From: Nitrospirota bacterium
GTDB lineage: Bacteria; Nitrospirota; Thermodesulfovibrionia; Thermodesulfovibrionales; Dissulfurispiraceae
Reading direction: 5' to 3'
DNA length: 64,000 bases
Assembly (NCBI GenBank): GCA_963784135.1
Contig: CAWAQG010000005.1
Span: forward strand, 46,823 to 110,822
Made by a program: the position numbers and the translations under genes. Within the stretch, counting starts at the first letter, position 1. Each line of letters opens with the position of its first letter. The notes beneath the pieces are model-generated. The model was not told the origin of the DNA. It saw nothing but the letters and a program-made list of their open reading frames with translations, and did not search any database. Of the stretch, positions 1 to 8,904 are shown one piece after another.

Positions 1-2157
1 GAGCCCAGGCTGTCTGATTCAATAGAGCTGGCATGGAAAGAAGGCAGAGAAAATATCAAGGTGCTCGTCTTAAGGGCACATGATACCGCAAGCGAAATAA
101 CGCTGCGGTTCTCTTCCAACAATACCTGCGACGATTGTGCTGTTTCCCTTCCCGAACCGACACCTATACTGTTTTCATTCAATCACCCGGTCTGCGCATG
201 TCCCGAGTGCAAGGGGTTCGGCAACATCCTGATTTACGACGAAGACTTGATTATACCGGACAATACGCTTTCACTCTCCGGGGGAGCAATAGCCCTATGG
301 GAGAAACCCGGATACAAATGGTGGAGAGACCAGATGATCAAGGGCGCAAAGAAGACCGGCATCCATACAACCAGGCCTTTCAATGACCTGTCAAAGCAGG
401 AGAAAAGCATTATCTTCAAGGGCAATGAGCATTTTTATGGTTTAAACAGTTTCTTTGAGGAGATGGAAGGCAAGCGCTACAAACTCCATGTAAGAGTGCT
501 GTTAAGCAGGTACAGAAGTCCCGTCACCTGTCCGAAATGCGGCGGCCGGCGGCTTTGCGAACTTGCCCTGGCATACAAGATAGAGGGCATGGACATTGCC
601 GGTCTGTCCGATATGCCGGTATCAAAAGCGCTGCGCTGGTTTGAATCGCTCCATCTTTCACCGATGCAGCAGGACATTGCGAAAGAGGCGGTACGGCAGA
701 TACTCATGAAGCTCAGGTTCCTCGCGCGGGTAGGGCTTGAATATCTGACCTTGAACAGGCAGGCAAAAACACTTTCAGGCGGCGAGTACCAGCGGGTAAA
801 CCTGTCCAATCAATTAGCGTCGGCGCTTACCGGTACTCTGTATGTCCTCGATGAGCCGACTATCGGCCTGCACCCGAGGGACACGAGGAGAATTGCTGAA
901 ATAATGAAAGAACTCGCCTCGCTCGGCAATACCATTATCGTTGTCGAGCATGACAAAGATATAATTTCGTCAAGTGACTGGGTGGTGGAACTCGGCCCTT
1001 ACGGGGGCCATATGGGCGGCGAGGTAATGTTTTCAGGCCCTATGAGTGAATTTTTAAAGTCGGACACACTGACTTCACGGTATATAAGAAATCTGGAGGC
1101 GCCTTACATTGCAGCACCGCGCAAGAAAGAAAAAGACTACCAGTTGCTCAACAGGGATTATTCCCTCACGCTTTACGGAGCTTCGGGCAACAATCTCAAG
1201 AACGTGACACTCAGGGTTCCGCTGGAATCGCTGACTGTCGTTTCCGGGGTTTCAGGGTCGGGCAAGAGCAGCCTCATCGTTGAAACGCTGCACCATGCTT
1301 TGACGCGCCATTTCAGGGTCGGACCCGAACAGCCGCTTCCGCATAAAAAAATTAAAGGCATCGAGAACATAAAAGGAGTGCGGCTTATTGATCAAAGCCC
1401 CATCGGGAAAACACCGCGCTCAAATCCTTTGACATATCTCAAGATGTTCGACCCGGTGAGGAAGATATTTTCTCAGCAGCTTGAAGCCCGGGCACATGGA
1501 TATTCACCGGGGTTCTTCTCATTCAATGTGCCGGGAGGAAGATGTGAATCCTGCAAGGGGGAAGGCTACCAGAAGATGGAAATGTACTTCTTTGAGGATA
1601 TTTTCGTGACCTGCGAGGAGTGCAAGGGAAGGAGGTACAAGACCGAGGCTCTGCGCGTGTATTACAGGGGAAAAAACATCAATGACATTTTGAAGATGAC
1701 AGTGGACGATGCCATAGAGTTCTTTTCCGACACGCAGGAAATAAAATCCAAACTCGTTCTGATGAAAGATATCGGGCTCGGCTACCTACGGCTGGGCCAG
1801 TCAGCTACAACACTTTCGGGCGGAGAGGCACAACGCCTGAAAATATGCGCTGAACTATCGATCTCAAGACCACATTCAAGGGGAGTGCTCTATATCCTTG
1901 ATGAACCTACTGTGGGGCTCCACCACAGTGACGTCATGATGCTGATGAAAATAATCAGAAAACTGGTGGACAACGGCAACACAGTGGTTATAATAGAACA
2001 TAATCTGGACGTTATATCACAGGCCGACTGGGTCATCGACCTCGGACCCGAGGGCGGTGACAGAGGCGGCGCCATTCTTTTCGAGGGGACCCCGGAAGAG
2101 TTGAAAAACGTAGAGGGCTCCTATACCGGAAAGTATCTAAAGAAACATAGACAATAG
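1..2157 (+). CDS. UvrA-family excinuclease ABC subunit A-like ATPase (5' end lies outside window)
   Basis: The frame is open from base 1. Two ABC modules are present (LSGGEYQRV...VLDEPTIGLH; Walker A GVSGSGKSS; LSGGEAQRLK...ILDEPTVGLH), plus Cys4 zinc modules (CPECKGFG, CPKCGG, CESCKGEG...CEECKG), as in UvrA. Confidence 0.85.
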   Translation, partial: EPRLSDSIELAWKEGRENIKVLVLRAHDTASEITLRFSSNNTCDDCAVSLPEPTPILFSFNHPVCACPECKGFGNILIYDEDLIIPDNTLSLSGGAIALWEKPGYKWWRDQMIKGAKKTGIHTTRPFNDLSKQEKSIIFKGNEHFYGLNSFFEEMEGKRYKLHVRVLLSRYRSPVTCPKCGGRRLCELALAYKIEGMDIAGLSDMPVSKALRWFESLHLSPMQQDIAKEAVRQILMKLRFLARVGLEYLTLNRQAKTLSGGEYQRVNLSNQLASALTGTLYVLDEPTIGLHPRDTRRIAEIMKELASLGNTIIVVEHDKDIISSSDWVVELGPYGGHMGGEVMFSGPMSEFLKSDTLTSRYIRNLEAPYIAAPRKKEKDYQLLNRDYSLTLYGASGNNLKNVTLRVPLESLTVVSGVSGSGKSSLIVETLHHALTRHFRVGPEQPLPHKKIKGIENIKGVRLIDQSPIGKTPRSNPLTYLKMFDPVRKIFSQQLEARAHGYSPGFFSFNVPGGRCESCKGEGYQKMEMYFFEDIFVTCEECKGRRYKTEALRVYYRGKNINDILKMTVDDAIEFFSDTQEIKSKLVLMKDIGLGYLRLGQSATTLSGGEAQRLKICAELSISRPHSRGVLYILDEPTVGLHHSDVMMLMKIIRKLVDNGNTVVIIEHNLDVISQADWVIDLGPEGGDRGGAILFEGTPEELKNVEGSYTGKYLKKHRQ

Positions 2158-2258
2158 GCTATGGGCTATGGGCAATAGGCAAAAACAAAGACAAAGGCGG
2201 CTAAAGATTTACGAAGAGATTTCTTTCTTTGCCTATAGCCTATAGCCCATTGCCTATT
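2155..2258. repeat. Hexamer-repeat hairpin between convergent genes: G-rich arm taggctatgggctatgggcaataggcaaa, C-rich arm tttgcctatagcctatagcccattgcctatt
   Basis: The two arms are built of GGC(T/A)AT-type units and are imperfectly complementary around an A-rich loop. The hairpin lies between the stops of the uvrA-like gene and the PPIase gene, so it is probably a bidirectional terminator. Confidence 0.6.
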
Positions 2259-2847
2259 CTTTTATTATTTTTACTTTCATCTCAATGCGCTCATCAGGGT
2301 TGTCACTCATGTCCCGCGGCTTGCTCACGATCTTGTCTACAACATCCATCCCTGACACGACCTCACCAAAGACGGTATACTGCCTGTCGAGAAACGGCGC
2401 ATCAGCGACGCAGATAAAGAACTGCGAACCGGCGCTGTCCGGGCTTGCGGCCCTTGCCATTGAAAGAGTCCCTCTCTTATGAGGTTTGTTGTTGAATTCA
2501 GCTTTAAGCGTATATCCCGGCCCGCCCAAACCGTGTGTCGACTTATCGTGTTTTTTTGAATTGGGATCGCCGCCCTGTATCATAAAACCTGGTATGACGC
2601 GGTGAAAAGTGGTACCGTCATAAAAGCCTTTCCTGGCGAGCTCGATGAAGTTGTCGACGTGATTGGGTGCAACATCAGGGAAAAACCTGAGTTCAATGTT
2701 TCCGAATTTTGTTTCGATAATTGCTTTGGTATCGGCCATTTTTTTAATCTCCTCTTTCGTAAATATCTTATTTCTCATCCCGGCGAAGGCAGAAACAGCA
2801 ACGGCCAACACCAACAACAATATAAAGGGGACTTTCATTGATTTCAT
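2254..2847 (-). CDS. Cyclophilin-type peptidyl-prolyl cis-trans isomerase with N-terminal signal peptide
   Basis: FHRVIPGFMIQGGDP and SMARAASPDSAGSQFFI are cyclophilin signatures. The N-terminus is hydrophobic (MKSMKVPFILLLVLAVAVSAFA). Confidence 0.9.
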   Translation of the reverse strand: MKSMKVPFILLLVLAVAVSAFAGMRNKIFTKEEIKKMADTKAIIETKFGNIELRFFPDVAPNHVDNFIELARKGFYDGTTFHRVIPGFMIQGGDPNSKKHDKSTHGLGGPGYTLKAEFNNKPHKRGTLSMARAASPDSAGSQFFICVADAPFLDRQYTVFGEVVSGMDVVDKIVSKPRDMSDNPDERIEMKVKIIKE

Positions 2848-3027
2848 GAGGACCTCCTTAGGAATTTTTTATGAAGCCTTATTATTACATATTGGGAATG
2901 CTTTGACAACTTCCAAATCAGCAAAGCGGCACATGAAAGCATACCCGTGATTATGCTACAATTATGGGCATAGCAAACAAATATAAAAAATACTCGACAG
3001 AGGTTCAGAAATGGCAGTGCCAAAAAC

Positions 3028-3753
3028 ATGAAGGACCTATCTCTTAATCCCCAGCAACAGATACTCCTGCTCAGCAAGCTTCTTTCCAAAAGCGCCCCTG
3101 CTTCTGTAAGCAATTCTTTTGAGGCGTTGCTTGAGGCGTCGCTGGGCCAGATTGAGAATCAACCATCACCCCTGGACAAGGGGCCGGCAGTTCAATCCCT
3201 CCCGCCCATACCGGCGTCCGGTCCTGCGTTGGTCAAGGAAGGGGACAACAGCAGGTTCAAAGAGATACTTGCTACTGTTCTTAAACATGAGGGGAGCGCC
3301 TATGTGCATAGCGACGGCGGCGCCGAGTCGTCAAAGTTCGGCATACTTCAGTCCACAGCGAGAGAGTACGGGTACAAAGGCAGCATCAGGAATATCACGA
3401 AGGCAGATGCCGAAGCTATCTACAAGAAAATTTGGGACAAATCAGGGGCTGCATCATTGCCATATCCGCTGAGTCTCGTGCATTTTGATACCTATGTGAA
3501 CAGTCCTGCAGCCGCGATGAAACTCCTGAAGAAGTCGGCAGGCAGCATTGATGCATATCTGACAATGAGAGCACATCGTTATACGCGCCTTGCTGAACTC
3601 AGACCCGCACAATACGGCAAATACCTGAAGGGATGGATAAACAGGGTCGCCGATCTCAGGAATATCACTGCCGGTTACGCGCCTGCCGGAAATTTTGCGC
3701 TCAACAGTATTAGTCCTGCCGGCCAAACTAAAAATAAAACTATAAAAACGTAG
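3028..3753 (+). CDS. GH108-like (lysozyme-like) domain protein
   Basis: The central block ILATVLKHEGSAYVHSDGGAESSKFGILQSTAREYGY resembles the N-terminal domain of glycoside hydrolase family 108. The remainder is low complexity. Confidence 0.45.
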   Translation: MKDLSLNPQQQILLLSKLLSKSAPASVSNSFEALLEASLGQIENQPSPLDKGPAVQSLPPIPASGPALVKEGDNSRFKEILATVLKHEGSAYVHSDGGAESSKFGILQSTAREYGYKGSIRNITKADAEAIYKKIWDKSGAASLPYPLSLVHFDTYVNSPAAAMKLLKKSAGSIDAYLTMRAHRYTRLAELRPAQYGKYLKGWINRVADLRNITAGYAPAGNFALNSISPAGQTKNKTIKT

Positions 3754-3808
3754 TGTAGCGCGTCATAAATCCCTTTACTTTCACGAAGCTCATAAAAAAA
3801 CTTTCTTT

Positions 3809-3839
3809 GTCATTCCCGATTAAGAACTGCGGGAATGAC
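3809..3839. repeat. REP-like hairpin GTCATTCCC-N13-GGGAATGAC
   Basis: Perfect 9-bp stem. Related ATTCC(C)GC...GCGGGAAT hairpins occur at 34361-34379 and 61131-61158. Confidence 0.5.
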
Positions 3840-3921
3840 GGCTCAACACTCGAAAGATATGTAAAGAATCGTTGGAAACACTACATTAGTGTTTATTCTT
3901 GTTGCTTATATCCGCATATAT

Positions 3922-5288
3922 GTTGTCAACAAATAGAGTTGTCCGGTTTTAGAGCAAATAAACTGTCCGGTTCTGCAGGGTGGCTGCGCATGGAACATGG
4001 CAGTCCACCGATTTCAGTTTTATTAAGGCTTATGCCGCTGCATGTGAGCAAATTGCAATCTCCTTTCCTTTAGAGTTATAGGCAGCCAGTTTTCTCGGTC
4101 CATGAAAGATAGCAAGTCTACCGTCGGGATAACGATGAACGCTTACCTGGACCCTGACGTAATGGCAACGATATTGATTTGGCGGGATCTGAAGTTTTAG
4201 TCCATCGAACTTTACACAGTTGTCATTGCCGACGGTGCGGTCATACTGTTCGCATAGGATGTCTTCCAAGGCAGTGCCTGCCCAAGTCACGAACACGCTC
4301 TCTGGTTCTTGAGGGATAACGGCGAACTCGGCATTATGGGCCGGCATATATGTACTGGCAAGATAATCATTGGCCTGCTTCATCCCAGTGATGCCCGCCA
4401 TCGCAAGCTCCTTGACCAGCCGATCTTGATGGGTACTGAAGGCTCGCTCAGAACGGCCCCTGGCTTCAGGAGAATACGCAGGGATCATCTTAATCCCCAG
4501 TTGGCTCATTGCACGACCAAACTGGGTAAGACTTGATTTGTCCACTTTCCCTCCAGCCTCCGGTGTATGCCAATAGTGACTTCCGCGATCCGTATACAAC
4601 GAAGCAAACAACCCGTGTTGCTCTATAACCTCTTTTACACCCAGAAAGCTGCTTTGTGTGCCTTCTTCCTTAACAAAAAACATCGAGTAGTGTTCACTGC
4701 TGGCATCATCCATCGTCACGATCAAATCCCATAATTTGCCGGGAACCCACTGGTGCCGGGAACCATCCTGATGAAGCATCATGCCGATATAGGGAGCCCT
4801 GACCCTTCTTTTCCTGTGTGCCCCTTTCAGTGCCCCTTTCGGTACCAATCCCTTTTCCTGGAGGGTGTTTTTGACCCATGTGTAGCTCCTGTTTCCTTGA
4901 TGAACTCGGCGATACCAGCTAAAAAAATGCTTGACGTTGAAACCATAATAACGTCCTCTATAAAGATCCGATAGCGCCATCACTTCGTCAACTGGTGCTC
5001 GCAGATGCGATATTTGTCCTAAACGCTTATCTATAAGTCCCTCCATCCCTTTATCCGCATACCTCAGCAGATATCGCCGAAATGTCCTGTCACAGACACC
5101 AAGGAGCATCGCCGCTTCCTCCTGCGTTAGCCGTCCACTCTTCCAGCCCTCATAACCTTCTTCAAATCTCATTTTCCGTACCTCCTGCAACACCGCCGAA
5201 CGTTTCATGGATAGCCCCCCTTGCTATCCATATACCACCCGGACAGTTTATGTGCTACAGATACGGACAGTTTATCTGCTCGCCACAA
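3922..5288 (-). mobile_element. IS element (ISNCY/IS1202-group-like), copy 1, 1367 bp, flanked by a 17-bp direct repeat
   Basis: Ends are GTTGTCAACAAATAG... and ...CTGCTCGCCACAA, with about 50-bp imperfect terminal inverted repeats carrying the AAACTGTCCGG subrepeat. CTTATATCCGCATATAT is present at 3905-3921 and 5289-5305. Confidence 0.8.
4030..5208 (-). CDS. DDE (rve/integrase-core) transposase of the IS element
   Basis: 392 aa with an N-terminal HTH (LTQEEAAMLLGVCDRTFRRY) and a catalytic-core-like region (MLHQDGS...TMDDASS...YTDRGSHY...SPEARGRSER). A paralogue lies at 28369-29547. Confidence 0.8.
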   Translation of the reverse strand: MKRSAVLQEVRKMRFEEGYEGWKSGRLTQEEAAMLLGVCDRTFRRYLLRYADKGMEGLIDKRLGQISHLRAPVDEVMALSDLYRGRYYGFNVKHFFSWYRRVHQGNRSYTWVKNTLQEKGLVPKGALKGAHRKRRVRAPYIGMMLHQDGSRHQWVPGKLWDLIVTMDDASSEHYSMFFVKEEGTQSSFLGVKEVIEQHGLFASLYTDRGSHYWHTPEAGGKVDKSSLTQFGRAMSQLGIKMIPAYSPEARGRSERAFSTHQDRLVKELAMAGITGMKQANDYLASTYMPAHNAEFAVIPQEPESVFVTWAGTALEDILCEQYDRTVGNDNCVKFDGLKLQIPPNQYRCHYVRVQVSVHRYPDGRLAIFHGPRKLAAYNSKGKEIAICSHAAA

Positions 5289-5352
5289 CTTATATCCGCA
5301 TATATTGCTTTAACTTTAAAACGGTGGTACTATTGAATTACTAATATTATCT

Positions 5353-5637
5353 ATGGAGGAGATTATCATGAAACTTCATGACGAAATTGCCAAAACCGCA
5401 CATGAACTTTACGAGAAAAGTGGATGGATACCGGGCCGCGATATGGAGAACTGGATTGAGGCTGAGAAAATCGTAAAGAGTCGCTACAACGGGAGTGGCA
5501 GCCGGAAGGAGAAACCGGAGGGGTCTGCAGAGGAGTCGTCTAAAACGAAGAAAACAGCCCCGACAAGCATGCAGAAGGCCGCAAAGCCCGCCAAAACTCC
5601 TGCGAAGAGCGCTGTGAGGACCAAGAAAACAGAGTGA
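5353..5637 (+). CDS. DUF2934-like small protein with lysine-rich tail
   Basis: AHELYEKSGWIPGRDMENWIEAEKIV matches the DUF2934 pattern. The start may instead be the ATG at 5368. Confidence 0.5.
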   Translation: MEEIIMKLHDEIAKTAHELYEKSGWIPGRDMENWIEAEKIVKSRYNGSGSRKEKPEGSAEESSKTKKTAPTSMQKAAKPAKTPAKSAVRTKKTE

Positions 5638-5640
5638 TGC

Positions 5641-6651
5641 ATGCATGAGGCCAGGCTTTATGAAAAGCTTGACGAAGGCAAGGTAAAATGCTTCCTCTGC
5701 CCTCAGCACTGCAACATTTCACCGGGGAAGCGCGGCATTTGCGGGGTCAGGGAAAACAATGAGGGAACGCTTTATTCCCTTGTCTATGGCAAAGTTGCTG
5801 CAAAACATGTCGATCCGATAGAGAAAAAACCGTTTTTCCATTTTTACCCGGGGTCGCATTCTTTTTCGATTGCCACAGTAGGATGCAATTTCAGGTGCCT
5901 GCACTGCCAGAATTACGACATATCGCAATACCCCAAACAGAGCAAAGACATTCCAGGCGAAGAGATGTCCCCTGAAGATGTTGTCGAAGAGGCCGTGCTT
6001 GCGGGATGCGAAAGCATTGCGTACACCTATACAGAGCCCACCATATTTTTTGAGTTTGCCTATGACTGCGCTCGCCTTGCCCATAAGAAGGGGATACGGA
6101 ATGTTTTTGTGAGCAACGGCTATACAAGCCCTGATGCGATACGGCTCATTGCGCCTTACCTTGATGCCAACAATATTGATTTAAAAGGAGATGATCTCTT
6201 TTATAAGAAGGTTGCGGGCGCGAAGCTGCAGCCGGTGCTCGACACTATTAAGCTTATGAAGGAGTTGGGAGTCTGGATTGAAGTGACTACTCTTATAATC
6301 CCTGATTATAATGATTCAGATGCTTTTCTAACTTTTGCAGCTGAGTTCATAAAATCTGTCGATGCCTCTATCCCGTGGCACGTGAGCCAATTCTATCCGA
6401 CCTATAAACTGCTCGACAAGCCCAGGACGCCGCTGAGCACATTGAGGAGGGCACGCGAAATCGGGTTGAAAACCGGCCTGAAATACGTCTATGAGGGCAA
6501 CGTCCCCGGCGCCGGCGGCGAAAACACACTCTGTCCTTCCTGCGGAGCGCTGCTCATAGAGCGTATCGGTTACTCGCTGACTCATATCAGAATGAAAGAG
6601 TCGCAGTGTGAAAAATGCGGGGCAAGGATCGACGGCATAGGGATGCCGTAA
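5641..6651 (+). CDS. AmmeMemoRadiSam-system radical SAM enzyme (AmrS-like)
   Basis: An N-terminal Cys cluster (CFLCPQHCNISPGKRGICGVREN), the radical SAM motif CNFRCLHCQN, and a C-terminal zinc-ribbon-like CPSCG...CEKCG. Confidence 0.75.
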   Translation: MHEARLYEKLDEGKVKCFLCPQHCNISPGKRGICGVRENNEGTLYSLVYGKVAAKHVDPIEKKPFFHFYPGSHSFSIATVGCNFRCLHCQNYDISQYPKQSKDIPGEEMSPEDVVEEAVLAGCESIAYTYTEPTIFFEFAYDCARLAHKKGIRNVFVSNGYTSPDAIRLIAPYLDANNIDLKGDDLFYKKVAGAKLQPVLDTIKLMKELGVWIEVTTLIIPDYNDSDAFLTFAAEFIKSVDASIPWHVSQFYPTYKLLDKPRTPLSTLRRAREIGLKTGLKYVYEGNVPGAGGENTLCPSCGALLIERIGYSLTHIRMKESQCEKCGARIDGIGMP

Positions 6652-6669
6652 ATATGTTATGATGGCACT

Positions 6670-8088
6670 ATGTCTGAAAAGTATAGAATAGAACGGGACA
6701 GCATGGGGGAGATCAAGGTCCCTGCCGATGCATATTGGGGGGCACAGTCTCAGCGGGCCATAGAGAATTTTGCGGCAGACTGCCTGACCTTGCCTGAAGT
6801 ATTAATACGGTCCATCGCCATAATAAAGTATGCCTCTGCCGTTACCAATACAGGTCTTGGGTTGCTGAAGAGAGAACTCTCCGACGCCATAATCAGGTCT
6901 TGCAACGAGGTCATGGAAGGCAAACTTAAAGGTCAATTCCCCCTCGGTGTTTTCCAGACGGGGAGCGGCACTTCCACTAATATGAATGTGAATGAAGTGG
7001 TGGCTACGCGGGCAAATGAACTGCTTACCGGATATAAGCGCACGTCCTTGCCGGTTCATCCTAATGACCATGTAAACATGGGCCAATCCTCAAATGATGT
7101 TATTCCGTCTGCAATCCGGATAGCCGCTTATCTCGAAGTGAACAATAAACTGCTGCCCGCACTGAGGCATTTGTTTGATGTTATTTATAAAAAGCAACAG
7201 GAATATAATAATGTGGTAAAGACAGGGAGGACCCACCTCATGGATGCTGTGCCGGTTACTTTTGGGCAGGAAATATCCGGATGGGCCGCACAAATCCGGT
7301 TCGGCATCGCCAGAATAGAGAGCGTGCTGCCCAGACTGGCACAGTTGCCTCTGGGAGGCACTGCTGTGGGGACCGGGCTTAACGCCCACCACAGATTCAG
7401 CGATGGGGCCGTCAGTGTGATCAGAGAGCTGACAGGTATCCATTTTGAAAAGGCCGTAAATAATTTTGAGGCCCAGGCCTCAATGGATATAGCTTCAGAG
7501 CTTTCGGGGCAGTTAAAGACTATCGCGGCCGGCTTGATGAAGATCATTAACGATATAAGACTCATGAACAGCGGTCCTCATTCCGGGCTCGCTGAAATAC
7601 GGCTGCCTGCTTTGCAGCCGGGGTCCTCGATCATGCCGGGCAAGATAAATCCCGTAATCCCCGAGGCTGCCAGGATGGCCTGCGCCAAAGTGCTCGGCAA
7701 CGATGCCACCATAACAATTTCCTGCTCTCTCGGCGAATTCGAGCTGAATACTATGCTTCCGGTGATCGGATATGTCCTTATTGAATCCATCGAGATCATC
7801 TCGCACGCGATGCAACTGCTTGCCGACAAGGCGATAAGCGGAATGGCGGTCAACGTTGAGCATATCCGGAACTTGCTCGAAAAAAATCCGATAATAGCCA
7901 CCGCGCTTGTACCGGCCATCGGGTATGAAAAGACAGCCGGTATAATAAAGAAGGCCCTTAATGAAGACCGCAAGATCCGCGATGTCGTCCTGGAATCAGG
8001 TCTGCTGTCTGAAAAAGAGGTTGACGCCTGTCTTGATATAAAAGGGATGGTGCAGGCAAGAGGTAATGAAGAGGCTGATGCGATTTGA
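6670..8088 (+). CDS. fumC: Class II fumarate hydratase
   Basis: GSSIMPGKINP signature; QTGSGTSTNMNVNEVVA and LGGTAVGTGLN blocks favour fumarase over aspartase. Confidence 0.8.
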   Translation: MSEKYRIERDSMGEIKVPADAYWGAQSQRAIENFAADCLTLPEVLIRSIAIIKYASAVTNTGLGLLKRELSDAIIRSCNEVMEGKLKGQFPLGVFQTGSGTSTNMNVNEVVATRANELLTGYKRTSLPVHPNDHVNMGQSSNDVIPSAIRIAAYLEVNNKLLPALRHLFDVIYKKQQEYNNVVKTGRTHLMDAVPVTFGQEISGWAAQIRFGIARIESVLPRLAQLPLGGTAVGTGLNAHHRFSDGAVSVIRELTGIHFEKAVNNFEAQASMDIASELSGQLKTIAAGLMKIINDIRLMNSGPHSGLAEIRLPALQPGSSIMPGKINPVIPEAARMACAKVLGNDATITISCSLGEFELNTMLPVIGYVLIESIEIISHAMQLLADKAISGMAVNVEHIRNLLEKNPIIATALVPAIGYEKTAGIIKKALNEDRKIRDVVLESGLLSEKEVDACLDIKGMVQARGNEEADAI

Positions 8089-8198
8089 TAATTCTGCTAT
8101 AATATACCAAAATGAAGTGAAAGGATGAGCACATCGACAGCAAAACAAAAGCGATAAAGGCGGCGCAGGCATCTTTAGATAAAAAGGCAAAGGATGTC

Positions 8199-8540
8199 AT
8201 GGTTCTCGAATTAAAGGACCTTACGGTTATTGCAGATTATTTTGTCATCTGTTCCGGTGAAAGCACCACCCAGGTCAAGGCGGTTGCGGAACATATTAGA
8301 GAAAACCTGATAAAGGATGGTGTAACGCCCGCTCGCATCGAGGGTTTCCAATACGCCAGATGGATATTAATAGATTACGGGGATACGATAATCCATGTCT
8401 TTGAGGAAGAGACAAGGCAGTATTACGACCTCGAAAAGCTATGGCTTGATGCCCCGAGGATACCGTTTGCCGATAAGGATAATATGGGTAGGGAAAACAA
8501 AAGAGCAATATCTGAACGAAGGGATAGAGCGGTACCTTAG
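8199..8540 (+). CDS. rsfS: Ribosomal silencing factor RsfS
   Basis: VLELKDLTVIADYFVICSGESTTQVKAVAEHI...IEGFQYARWILIDYGDTIIHVF is typical RsfS. The N-terminus is uncertain (see findings). Confidence 0.8.
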   Translation: MVLELKDLTVIADYFVICSGESTTQVKAVAEHIRENLIKDGVTPARIEGFQYARWILIDYGDTIIHVFEEETRQYYDLEKLWLDAPRIPFADKDNMGRENKRAISERRDRAVP

Positions 8541-8904
8541 ACTGTTAAGCCCTATGGCCCAGGTTTCCATTATTGAAATAAAAGAGCAGAAGAGCAAAAC
8601 CACAACAGCTTCCCTTTCGGAAGAAGGGGCAAAGATATTGAAACAGACACAATCATACACGCTGCTTGACCAGACGGGGAGGGAGTTCACCTCGCCGGGG
8701 TTCGCCCGTTTTTTACAGGAAAGAGGCGGCGGAGACTTTCTCATCGGCGGTCCTTACGGCGTTTCAGATGCGATAAAGGACAAGGCAAAAGAGACCATTG
8801 CGCTGTCGAGGATGACCTTTACTCACGAGATGGCAAGGGTATTTTTCTTTGAGCAGCTCTTCAGGGCCATGACGATTATCCATAACAAGGAGTATCACCA
8901 TTAA
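8449..8904 (+). CDS. rlmH: 23S rRNA (pseudouridine1915-N3)-methyltransferase RlmH
   Basis: IRIIWVGKTKEQYLNEGIERY...LIGGPYGVSD...LSRMTFTHEMARV. I chose the internal ATG at 8449 (151 aa) rather than the long ORF-track start; a TTG at 8467 is also possible. Confidence 0.8.
   Translation: MPRGYRLPIRIIWVGKTKEQYLNEGIERYLRLLSPMAQVSIIEIKEQKSKTTTASLSEEGAKILKQTQSYTLLDQTGREFTSPGFARFLQERGGGDFLIGGPYGVSDAIKDKAKETIALSRMTFTHEMARVFFFEQLFRAMTIIHNKEYHH

Noticed and set aside
2155-2258. The periodic GGCTAT/GGGCAAG-type repeats (also at 41656, 46918 and 52891) as a possible CRISPR or minisatellite array.
   Set aside because: The units are 6-7 bp, degenerate and arranged as complementary arms. There is no 25-40-bp repeat/spacer alternation and no cas genes anywhere in the window.
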